Below are positions 43,526 to 55,450 of a stretch of DNA of 64,000 nt, piece after piece (positions within the stretch are counted from its first letter, which is position 1; every line of letters starts with the position of its first letter). Where the stretch lies: assembly GCF_009914755.1 (NCBI RefSeq), contig NC_060929.1; one strand, given 5' to 3'. Below the pieces are notes generated by a model that worked only from the letters and a program-made list of their open reading frames with translations, searched no databases and had not been told where the DNA came from. Source of the DNA: the human T2T-CHM13v2.0 reference genome, Homo sapiens. A program made the translations under genes and the position numbers.

Positions 43526-46234
43526 CATTGTACTCGTGCCATTGTGACTTTTACTGAGTTCAATATTGGCCTCTATCTATCACTATCATTCTTCCCTTTA
43601 AGAACTATCTCTGGTGTGGCATGATAAATAGGAATTATTCTAATCAGTCCCAGTCAAGTCTGGAAGCAGAAAGCAAAATGCTCAATTGAGGGCATGTGGC
43701 CTAAGAAAAAAGCTCTTCTGTGGGAAAAGCAAGTAGTCATAAAACATGTGGCATTATTGTTCTTCAAATTTATAAACAGTTTGTAACCAAATTTCTTCAT
43801 TTCTACTGAGGGCTGAATCAGAGGAAATGGGTTCATTCTGAAGCCAGGTGGATTTTATATAAAGAAAAATTATATTTCTGTACCCAAAGATATTAAACTG
43901 GAAAAGCTTGAAGAAAGGGAATATTTAGACAACCTTAACTCATTCCCCATCTGTCTGAGATGGCCTGCCTTTCCGAGCTATTCTGAAATTGCTGACATCA
44001 CTACATCCTTTCAACTCTAGACTCGATTTCAAGACCCTTAATATTAAACTCTAGTTCTTTGTCAGGATTTGTTATCCTGAATCATAATGAAACCATGGAA
44101 AATTTTTGTCACAGCTGAGTTCAAATAAATGTTGGCAGAATTTACTCCAAATTAAGTCTGTAAAATGGATAAGCACCTGACTGACTTACTCTATTCAGCA
44201 CCTAAAAACGCTTTATAAGAGTATCCTCTCTCATGGCACTTAAGAATTTCCTGTTTTATTCCTGGCAGGAAATTTTACTGCTTGCACCTTTCGGGAACGT
44301 TGTAAAGAAAACTAAGCAGTTGTTGTAAAAAACGTGAGGAAATTTTACAGTACTCTATAAATATTAACTAATGACCAAATTAATTGTAGAAATTCCAAGT
44401 AATAAAAACATGAACCAAACAGTATAGCATCTAAGGGAAAGTTTGACTAAAGTTGGTTTTGCTGTAAAAAATCTCTTGGATTTTCCTAATATTTCCTTTT
44501 CTTCATCCTTTAAGTACACGGCATAGTCCATAATGTTTTAAATCTGCATCAGATAATTGAATAATTGCTGAAAGATCTATGGGTAAAGGAAAATGTGAGT
44601 ATTTTACCTTGCAGCTATGGTTTATATTATGTCAAAATATTTCCTTTTATGGCTGATAAACAACAGTATTTGCCCTGAGATGTGAAATCGTGTTGTGCTA
44701 ATAAAAGTAAGAATAAAGTAAAATAATGACATTCTAACAAGAAAATTAACAATATAACAAATACACCAAATTGCACTAGCTTACAATTACTGCAGTACTT
44801 TCCCAGTTTTTGTGTTTTGTGCTTTCTTCTGAATGAGGAGAGGTATGAAATGCTTGCATATTGCATGATTTTAGATTTTACTGTCTCCACCTTCTAACTA
44901 CCTCGGCTCCCTCTACTACCTCTCAGTGATACCTAGTGCTGTGACATAGAAAGACAACAATCTCCTGGAGTTTTGGAATAACATGATGCCCTGATAACTT
45001 TGGGAGTCCTTATACGTACTCAACAAGACCTAATTTTCCCCAAGAATCCTTGCTGTGGGGGTACAGGAGCACTTAACTTCAGGGGCTCCAGGGCTTGCAT
45101 CAATTTGAATTTACCTTTTTCCCAGGGGATCTGTCTTTCTGATGCATTTGCTTGGCTTACTCTTTGTTAGTGCCTAATTGGGACATTTGGGCCAGTGGCG
45201 ATGAGGGTGCCAAGGGTGCCAGAGGCACTTGATGGCAAACCTTGGCCAGAGCTCCCAGGTGGAGTTTAGGTCGTGATTTTTCACACCTGCCCTATTACCC
45301 CTGCCATGTGGAAAACTGCCCAGAGTGCTTCTAGAGTCAAGGCAGTGAAGTTTTTATTGCCCTTAGGCAACCGCAGTGAATGATTTGTTTTATGGCTGAA
45401 TTCTCTTGAATGACCTCAGAACTTTGGGCAAGCGATTCAGAATGCCAGCAGGTTGGAGCGGAAACCCAGTGGCCTCTCTTTTTCTGGGTCTGCTCCTCAG
45501 TTACGGTGAAAATTGGAATGAATGGAATAGGGTTTGCCATGCATGGCAGCAGGGCATGATGTAGTTCTCAGAAGGAGACATAGCTGGGTGGACCATTTAT
45601 AATTTTAATTGCCTATGTAGTACAGGGCTCAGCTGCATCACAGAGCAGAAACTGGGGAATGTTCACTGCTAAATGGATCCTCAGAGTCTTGCTTTACTTT
45701 CCAGGCTGTTGTCCCTTTTACACAGATTGGCTTTTTAGTCTTCCACACATGTTTTCCCTCTTGTCAAAATCTTAACCCTAGACAACTATTGGTTGCTTCA
45801 TTATTTTAAAATTTAAAGAACACTACATTTAACAAGCAAAGAAAAAATTACCAGGAATTTGGCCAGAGTAATTAAGCAGCAGGTGTTACAAGGGAAGTTT
45901 ATGTCCATCCTTACCTTGAGAAGAGTATAAACATTCTGTTTTTTGATTGGTTAAATGAGGTGTTTTCTTCTTTTTAAGTTTTGGAAAGACCATGGAACCT
46001 ACATCATTTTGCCTAGGTACTAAGCCTCCAGCTCCGGTAAATGCATTCCAATAATGTCTTCAGCCAGCAGCATATTGGCCTTAGATATAGAAAACTCAAT
46101 GCTTATTTTACCTAATTGCTCCTTTTCATGCAACCTAAACTTTTAAAAAGGATTACCTATCAAATGTTGACAAAAAGTTATTTTCTGCCTACAAAATGTA
46201 ATACAATATTACAGGCATGGTTTTGTATTACTCA

Positions 46235-46525
46235 AGATGTCAAGTACCTATAAGGTCAGGTAGTGAAAGAGAAAGAGAAAAAAACACCCCAGATTGGAAA
46301 TATTGGGAAATAGAAAGGGTGGCTTTATCTAAAGCTGGCTGTGATAACTCAGCTCCAGCTGATTTAGCCCTAAGATAGTTCATACTTTTTACTTCTAAGG
46401 AAAATTCAGAAACTGACATTTCTCTCCTATTTTTAAAATAGTAACATCAAATTTATTTACGTTTTAATTTTGGAGGGAGTTTTGATAGACAGACTCATCC
46501 ATGAGTTGACAGTTTATGATCTCTA
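46235..46525. mobile_element. MER102-like hAT DNA transposon fossil
   Basis: 'atctaaagctggctgtgataactcagctccagctgatt' and 'aggaaaattcagaaactgacattt'. Confidence 0.45.
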
Positions 46526-49500
46526 TCTTAAAGCCAGACGGAAAAAATAGGAGTTAGATTAAGAAATTATTATTGATGACCTAACAGAGTGAGAGTTACT
46601 ATATGCAGAGCCTTTTGTATTCTCTCATTTACTTTTATAGTATTGGAAAGATATATAAAGAGGTGTCAAACGCCCTTTTTAGGGAGGTTTAACTGTGGAC
46701 CATAATTTCTTTTTTGCCCTTATTAGAGAAAGGGCCTTATATGTCTGCTAAGCATTCCCAAATTGTCATCAGGAATTTATTTCTTATTCAGCTCCTTTGC
46801 AATATTCTTTTTAATACCCTCCCAGCAGCCTGCCTTGAAAAAAAAATAAGCCTTTCCTTTCTGTACGCGGCTTGGTTACAAGAAGGGAAAAGGGTTTAGA
46901 GCTATACAACATGAATGTTCATGCGACACAACGCTACTTCAATCAGGAAAGGCTTCCCAATCAACTGCACCGATGTCAGTCGTTCCCCCCTCCTCCATGA
47001 TAAATTTCTTCTTTCCTCTGTGCATTCAATATTAACAGACTTCTCCTTGCATTTAAATCCTAGTGCGGCCATGATTTTTAACTTCCTAAGCCAATTCAAA
47101 TACACTTGCATGCAGCTATTTTTGAATTGAGAAATACATTTGATTTTCCTGCATATGCCCAGAGGACAGCATCTGTCAATTCCACTCCTAATTTTTCTTG
47201 GCACATCTCACATGAGGATCAATATTTATCCTGATAAAATCTACATGCTGTTTTGAAGATGAGTTTTCTTTTCCACTCTTGTCTGCAGATGCATATGCTG
47301 TTTGCTTACTTTTTTTTTGAACTTCATTATCAGCCACAACAGAAGGAGATTGCCACTGGATCTACTTATAGCTAGTGTGCGTATTACCTCCTTTTCCAAG
47401 TCCTTCTTATTAAAGGAAGTAGGAAATATCTCTCCAGTGAATATCATACAGTAAGAAGATAATACATTTACAAGGAAAAATAAGCCACATTTTGATTTTT
47501 GCATCTCTAACAGTTTTAGTCACTCCATTTACCTTGATTTGATCAGCATTCTTAGTTTATCTTCTCTCAGCCACGCTTACAGTTTCTATGACGTGATGCT
47601 ATTCATTTTCAAGCCAATTTGAATTAAATCTTCAGTAAGATAACTTGAGGCAATGTACTAAAAAATTTAGCAATTACTAAATTCATTACATCTATTGCAT
47701 TTTATTTGTGTAATAATTGAAACTCTTGGCAACAAAATCAACATTAAAGCAATAATTTCAGCCCTTTTCTCCATATTCTCTTTATCTTTCGGGCATTCAC
47801 AATAGACTTCCCTGTGTCTTTCTGATAATCTACATCTGCATGATTTACATCACAATAATTTTTGTGATTGTATCCCAGATGTTTCATATTATTTCTCTAT
47901 TCCCTTAACCTCCACAGCTCAAATCAACCTCTGCCCATTGCTGTATTTTGGGCCACATATTTATACATTATTTTTAAGGCAAAAAACTGACACTAAAAAC
48001 AATTTTGGTTATCAGAACTTGAGTTTCAATTCTTTCATACTCATAAATAATAGCACATAGCATAGAAATCTGTGTGGATATACTTTGATGCAGAACAAAA
48101 TATAACATATGTGACATATGATTTTAAATTAAAAACTTTCCTCCCAAATGTCTCTGTAGAATAAATCATTGTAAGAAATGTCCATTTCCCCTTCATCATT
48201 AAAATGCCTCCTTTCCAAAACTTTAACTCTGAGTCAGCTAGTGACTCTGTCTCTCCGGAGTCCATGTCACCAGCACACAGAAGCTTGTCCCCGTTGTTCA
48301 ATACAGTTTACAATTTTACACAACTTTAACCATTACTAATCTCCACAAAGCTGAAAAATATAGAAGTGAGATGACATTTGTAGAGCCACAGAGTTTCAAT
48401 TTAATATTTTTCTATATTTCCTTAAGTTTCTCTCATCTTACCCTATGTTTCCATACTTCAGCACTGATGGAAATGCGGCATTTTAATCTTTTTTTTTTTT
48501 TGGTCTTACATTTTTATTCTTTCCTTGAAGCAAGGAAAATGTGAACTTAACTGCTGGGATGCCTAATTTGAAGTGACTTCAAGTGGTAGATATTAATGAA
48601 GTGTAAAAAGCCTAAAGCCAGAATAGTTTTAAACCCCTTTTTATTATACAGCTTAAGCTTCAGTTATACCTGAGAGCCTTCTTTATTGTTTCATGGAGGC
48701 TCTATTTTCCTCCAAATTTTCATTTATGTCTAAGCTTGATGTGCACATTTGGTATGTCATCGTCTTTTCAATTTTTAGTGTAAAATAACTTGCATGTATT
48801 TGTCTAAGTATATGTGTGTGGTATATTCATCCTAGTTTCACAAATAGCTTAATAAGTATAGTATCTCCTGAAAGAGTGACTTTACTGGTTAGGGGGGAAA
48901 ATGGGATTTATTTTTAGCACCCATTTACGCTTTGATCTTACCTATACTTATAATTCTTATTCCCTAAAAAGCATTCCTCTTAGTAATTATTTACAATGCT
49001 TTTGAAAAGGCAGAAAATTCTGTGCTTAACATTTCATGATTGGCCTCAGTCCAGATGCAGCCCCTCCATGTCTCTCACTTGGCATTCTGACATATGCATC
49101 TGGCTGCTGCTTGTCATGTATTAGTTTAATTTGGTATTAGCTCAGGCCATCTTCTTTTTATCTGTATATATTACATTGCTATTCTTTATTGCAGCATCTG
49201 TGCCTTAAGCACATAGGAATGTAAGGCATGGTGACAAGATCAGCAATCCAGGCCCTTGATAATAAAATGGCTTTTTTTTCCCCTAAAGATAATGCAATAA
49301 TTATATTCCAAAAAATCCATGTTTGTAAAAATTTGAAGAGTTTTTGCCAAATTGCTCTTTATTAACTTAGAAAAGTTTAGTCTATCCGTCTTTTGTTTGT
49401 TCTTAATCCCTCAAAACGACAGTAAGAAGTTATACATGTTTTCTTGTGAGACTTTTTAAATATGTCTATTTAGTAAACGTCAATTGTATACAAAGTAGAC

Positions 49501-50384
49501 AGAACAGTATCATGAGCCTTGTGCACGCATTGCCAAGTGCCTGTAACCGTCAACTCCTGCCAACCCTGCTTCATCCATGCCTTTAGACACTTCTCCTCCT
49601 CCACTCTTAATCTGCAGCAAGTCTCTAACATTAAACTATTTCACCAATAACTACTCAGTTTGCATTTCTATGATAAAAGTATTCTCTTTAAAATAAAACA
49701 AAATATTATCTTTTTCAAAAAATTAACAAGAAGAATTTAACATCAAATAGCCAATCCGTTCAAATTCTCAATTAACTTATAAATGTCCTTTGTTTAAAAA
49801 TATAATATCAACTAAATTAAACTCCTGGTATATTGATTGATATGTTTCTTAATTCTTTTCTTAAAAATACTTTAATTTTAGAATAGTTTTAGATTGATAG
49901 AAAAACTGTAATAATAATACTGACCGTTCCCATATTTCCCGGACCCAGTTTCCTCAATGATTAACATCTTATGTTCATATGGTACATTTGTCACAATAAA
50001 TGAGCCCCATATAAATACGATATTAATATTATTAGCTAAAGACTACACTTTATTCAGATTTTTGTAATTTTTTTTCTGTTCTAGGCTCCTATCCAGAATC
50101 AACATTGCTATTATTACTTCAAATATTTTTTCTACTCTATTCTTTCTTTCTTCTTCTTCTGAGATTACAATTATATGTATGTTACACCTATTAAAATTGT
50201 TCCATAGTTCCTGGATATTCTGTTCTCCTTGTTTGTTTGTTTTTTTCCTTTTGTTTGCATTTCAGTTTGTGAAATTCCTGTCAATCATCTGTTTTAAAGC
50301 TCATTGATGATTTTTTTACAGCCATGTTTAGTCTACTGATAAGCCCATTGAAGGTATTATTTGTGTTTTTTTCCCCCCTAACGA

Positions 50385-50682
50385 TTTTTTTTTTTTTTTT
50401 GAGTCAGAGTCTCACTCTGCCACCCAGGCTGGAGTCCAGCGGCATGATCTCAACTCACTGAAAACTCTGCCTCCCAGGTTCAAGTAATTCTCATGCCTCA
50501 GCCTCCGGAGTAGCTGGGATTACAGGCATGTGCCACCATGCCCAGCTAATTTTTGTATTTTTAGTAGAGGTGGGGTTTCACTATGTTGGCCAGGCTGGTC
50601 TTGAACTCCTAACCTAAAGTGATCCACCTGCCTTGGTCTCCTAAATTGCTGGGATTACAGGTTTGAGCCACTGTACCCGGTC
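50385..50682 (-). mobile_element. AluS (Sx/Sz-like)
   Basis: Full reverse dimer after a T16 tail. Confidence 0.93.
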
Positions 50683-52779
50683 CCTGTCCACTGATTTTTC
50701 TGTGTTGCCTTCTTTTTTCATTAAAGTGCTTAGCATATTAACCAAAGTTATTTCAAATTTCTTGCCTGATATTTTCTATATCTATGTCATGTCTAAGTTT
50801 GGTTTTCATGTTTGTCTCTAGATTGTATTATTTTTTGCCTTTGTCATGTTTTATAATTTTTTGTTGTGTTGGGTAACAGGGATGTTATATAGAATGTTAT
50901 TGTGAGAATTTATATTAATCTAGCTGGGAGTTTCTATAGCTACAGAGGGCAGAGCTTCAAGTTCCTTTAGAGTCCTTGCTTTTCTCTCTCCTGACTTTGT
51001 TCTTCCTGTATTCCTTCTCAGAGACAGTCTGTGTTTTGCAACTCCTTCTGTTGCAATGCACTCTTATATTGGAGACTATTGGCTTGAGGTAAGGTTTGGG
51101 GTAGGGGAGTCTTCTATGATTTGCATTCTATTAAACCTGTCTTTTAGCAGACTTGTCTTAGTGGCTTTCAAGAGTGCTTCTTCAATGATATAGCTTTTTT
51201 TTATTAATTTTTTTTAACTCTACCTTTTACTTCCTTCCCTGCTGAAGCATTGCCAGTCTACTTCCTTGAATGCCTGACCCCTGTTGACTATGTTGTTTTT
51301 TCTTCCTTACACAGGAGATGAAGGATAGACGGTTCAGAGAGATGCTCTTCCCCAAGGTAGAAGGCTCTGGCAAAGTTTTTCCCCCGGAGGGTAAAGCCAA
51401 ATATGGAGAAGGCTTTGGTTATATTTCAAAGGATTAGCTTTTTTCCACTGTAAAACTCATGATGGAATCTTTGTCAGATCTTCACTGTGAGAACCTGGAG
51501 ACAAACCCTAAGAAAATGTTGGGCTCCCCTAAGACCACAACCTCCCAGAGTTTCTCACTGGTACTAGTCCACACTCAGCCCCCAGCAATTCATTAAAGTT
51601 ACAATTCAACTAGAGTTTCAGAGGCTTCTTTCATTTCAGGTAAGCAGATTGGGCTGTGTTCCTTGGGATACCTCTGTCTTCAAATTTTAGAGAGGTAGTT
51701 TGTTGTACCATGTTGTTTCTCTGATAGTTTCACAAAAAGTCATTGATTTTTATTATTTTCAGCTTTTTCTTATTGCAAGAATGTGAGTGATGACTTCAAA
51801 ACTCTTCTCAGATGGAAATCAGAAGTCTTCTCTTAATTAGCTTCTATTCTATAGGTTCCACTGTCTTTTTTCTTTGTCTTTTTTTTTATCTTTGATATTT
51901 ATGTGTTGAAGAAACTCACACATTTTTTCCTGTTGAATTTTCCACACTGTGGATTTTGCCGATTACATCCCTGTGTTACCATTTAGCATGATCTTCTGTC
52001 CTCTATTTTTGTCTGTGAATTGTTAGGTGGATCTAGAATATTTTGGTGAGATTATTTCAGAGGTGAAGTTGTGCTGTTCAGGAAGCCCATCATATCTAAT
52101 TTGTGAAGTTAACAGCCATCGATGATTTATACCTAATCCATTAATTAATTATGGGTTGCAAAGTGGTGATTATCTTCTTTCATTATAACTTTTTGATTTA
52201 TTGGCTGCAATATTTCTGAAAGAGAAGCATTCCTCATTTATCATTTGGTTACCTAGTTGTACAGCCTTTAAAGGAAAGACTGGATACATGCCAGATTCTT
52301 TTCTTTGACATGTCAGTTTTCAAAATAAAAATTTAGTTTTCTAGAATCCTCTCAAATGGATATATATGACTGTATACATTTGAACATATTTGATGGAGTT
52401 CCATCCCTGACAGGTTTAACCTCATTAATATTCAAGTATTGTTTCATCTTTAGATGCAAACCTAAGTATGGAAACCTAATACTTAGGCTTACTCACATAC
52501 CTCTTCTTGTGAGCTTCATGGCTATGTTGTAGTCTCGTGTTGTACATTTCCTGCTCCAGATCTAAAATAAATCATTTCACTGAACTGTCCCTTTTTTTTT
52601 TTTTTTTTTTTAGTGGAAACTGGTATTCCAAAACTGCCATCTGGGCACTTGCAGTGCCCATTGCTTCTGAGCTGGTGATTGCTTCTAGACTTTTCAGCAG
52701 ATGGAACTAAAAAGTTACAAAAACAAAACAAAACAAAACAAAACAGAATAAAGATAAAATCAAGCAAACAATAGCAGTA

Positions 52780-53146
52780 CAGATGCTCCTCAACTCACGA
52801 TGGGGTTACATCCTAATAAACCCATCATAAGTTGAAAATATCGTAAGTCAGAAATGCATTTAATGCAGCCAATCAACCAAACATCATAGCTTTGCCTAGC
52901 CTACTTTAAATGTGTTCGCAATACCTATATTAGCCTATGGTTGAGCAAAATCATCTAAGACAAAGCATATGTTACAGTAAAGTGTTCAATATCTCATGTA
53001 ATTTATCGAATACTATATTAAAAGTGAAAAATAAGTAGTTGTATGGGTACTGAAAGTATGATTTCTACTGAATGCATACTGCTTCCACATCATCAGAAAG
53101 TTTGAAAATTTGTTATGTGGAACCATTGTAAGCTGGAGACTTTCTG
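52780..53146 (+). mobile_element. MER47A TcMar-Tigger DNA transposon fossil
   Basis: TA|cagatgctcctcaactcacgatggggttacatcc...aaccattgtaagctggagactttctg with degenerate terminal inverted repeats; 367 bp. Confidence 0.85.
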
Positions 53147-53147
53147 T

Positions 53148-53260
53148 TATATGTGTATATATGTACATACATGTGTATGTGTGCATACATATACGTACAC
53201 ACATATACATACAGAGTCATATGTATAATACATACAGTATGTATGTGTATGTATGTATAT
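53148..53260. repeat. Degenerate (TA/TG/CA)n simple repeat
   Basis: Alternating purine-pyrimidine tract. Confidence 0.85.
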
Positions 53261-54910
53261 AGTTGTTTGCTTACATTTTTGCTTTGCTTTTATTATTTGA
53301 GGATAGAATACTTTATGAATTACTTTCTACTTATCCAATAAATTAAAATAAATGAGTGAATTTATTTAATTTCTTCAATCTTACATCTCTCCACATTTTT
53401 TTCCACATTGAGAATCTCAGCAATGATAGAGTTGGAATATTACTTGATTCTTCATTTGTTTTATCCCACATTATACACATTAATTGTCTCTAAATCACAA
53501 TGCTGACACAAGAACAATGATATAATTACTGAAAACGGTTTACAAGAGTGGTATTTTTTTTTTCTTAAGTTCTTTGTGCTCTTAAGTCATACCACATTAG
53601 GGAAGTATACTCCAATTACTGTTTTTTACAGTCATTTGAAATAATTCCTCTTGAAATGAATATGCTGCCAATAGGATACACATTTGATTTGAGTCATTTT
53701 ATTTTTAATTTTTAGGGATTTCTCTTTCCTTAATGTTGTTTCACAATCATACTAAACTTTGTAATTATACAATTATATATTTTCATTCTTTCCTATTTCT
53801 GATAGGTTACCATATCTACATTGTCAAAACATACAGCTGCTTCATGCTATAATCCATGCCTTATAACAATGTTTATTACTAATCCTATATATTAAACGCT
53901 CATCACCAATCCTCTTGTGGTTTCTCCTTTCATTTTGGTTGTCTAAAGTCCATTCTCTAGTAAATGCTTTATAAAATGCTAACAGAAACATAATTTTCCA
54001 AGTATTTGATTGTCATAAAGTTTATCTAAACACTTTATAGTTGAAATTCAGTTTGCTTGGATCAAATCCTAGGTTCATAGTTCATTTTCTTAGGTATTCT
54101 GTTATCCCTTATCTTCCCTTAGGTATCCCTCACCTTCTGCTATAACATACTGTTATTGAAAAGTCTCATGATAATCTAATTTTCTTTCTCTAGTGAGAAT
54201 TTTCATGTTTTTGCTTAGATGTAAGATGAATTTTTTGTTTTAATTTTAGTAATTTTATTAGACATCGTCATTATTGGTTATTCTGGGTCTATTTGTCTAT
54301 ATTTGTGTTGTACTCTTTTATTTGTACTTTTAAGTCTTTTTATTTTTTTTTAATTTTAGGAATGTTCTTGCATTATAACTTTTATTATTTTTTGTTCTCT
54401 GATTTACCTTTTTATTTCAGGGAATCATAACATGTATCTTGAATCATTTTTATCTGTCTCCTACATCTGTTACCATTTCTCATATTTTTATATAGCATTT
54501 TTTTATTTTTTGTTTATTTCAAAATATTTCCTTCTCTTTACCTTTGTCCTTCTCAGTCATAATCTGTTATGCTTACATGTTCTTGTGTTTTTCCTAGTTT
54601 AGTCTTCAGTTCTAAATAACTTTTCTAAATCTTTCCCAGTTCTATAATCTCAGTTCTAAATTTTTTCCACTCTGCCTTATGTTGTCACTCAAATAATTTA
54701 AAAAAAATTATTTCAGTTCATTTTGAAAGATTAGATTACAGTGCTTTCTGATTTATCCATGTGTCTATCAGCCTATTCTACATCAATCATAATGACCTAA
54801 AATGGATCATGTTTACTGAGAGACTGTGATAAAGCAGTTACTCGGCATATATCATTAAATGTTGAATGGAACATTCCTATCTACTTTAGTCCACACACTC
54901 CCTTCCTTCT

Positions 54911-55199
54911 TTTTTTTTTTAGTTTTTTTTGAGACGGAGTCTCGCTCTGTCACCTAGGCTGGAGTGCAGTGGCGCAATCTAGGCTCACTGCAAGCTCCGC
55001 CTCCCGGGTTCACGCCATTCTCCTGCGTCAGCCTCCCGAGTAGCTGGGACTACAGGCGCCCGCCATCGCGCCCGGCTAATTTTTTGTATTTTTAGTAGAG
55101 ATGGGGTTTCACCGTGGTCTCCGTCTCCTGACCTCATGATCTGCCCGCCTTGGCCTCCCAAAGTGCTGGGATTACAGGTGTGAGCCACCCCACCCGGAC
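54911..55199 (-). mobile_element. AluY with 12-bp left-arm deletion (AluYd lineage), TSD ccttccttct
   Basis: 'tttcaccgtggtctc' versus AluY 'tttcaccgtgttagccaggatggtctc'; TSD at 54901-54910 and 55200-55209. Confidence 0.88.
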
Positions 55200-55264
55200 C
55201 CTTCCTTCTAATAACGCTATGGGTTTTATTTATAAGGTCTTCATTCACTTTATAAGATTCGAGA

Positions 55265-55450
55265 GAACTTTGTTCCAATCTTGGCTCTGCTGCTACTTTT
55301 AATAGGTAATTTCAAACAAATGACTTAATTTTTCTGAATCTCAATCTTCCTCAATAAAATATGGTTAATGTCTATTTATAAAATTATAGAAATTAAATAA
55401 ATGTAAATGCTTAACACAGTGCCTCACTCTATGAATGGTTGTTACTTTTG
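55265..55450 (+). mobile_element. MIR SINE
   Basis: 'ttccaatcttggctctgctgctact...tgacttaatttttctgaatctcaat...atgtaaatgcttaacacagtgcct'. Confidence 0.7.

Larger units (their letters stand above)
49450..54760 (-). mobile_element. Nested cluster of old L1MC/MD/ME fragments
   Basis: Antisense L1M 3' ends at ~49860-50110 and ~51840-52715 ('acatttcctgctccagatctaaaataaatcattt...ctagacttttcagcagatggaactaaaaa') plus 5'/ORF1-like pieces. Confidence 0.65.
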
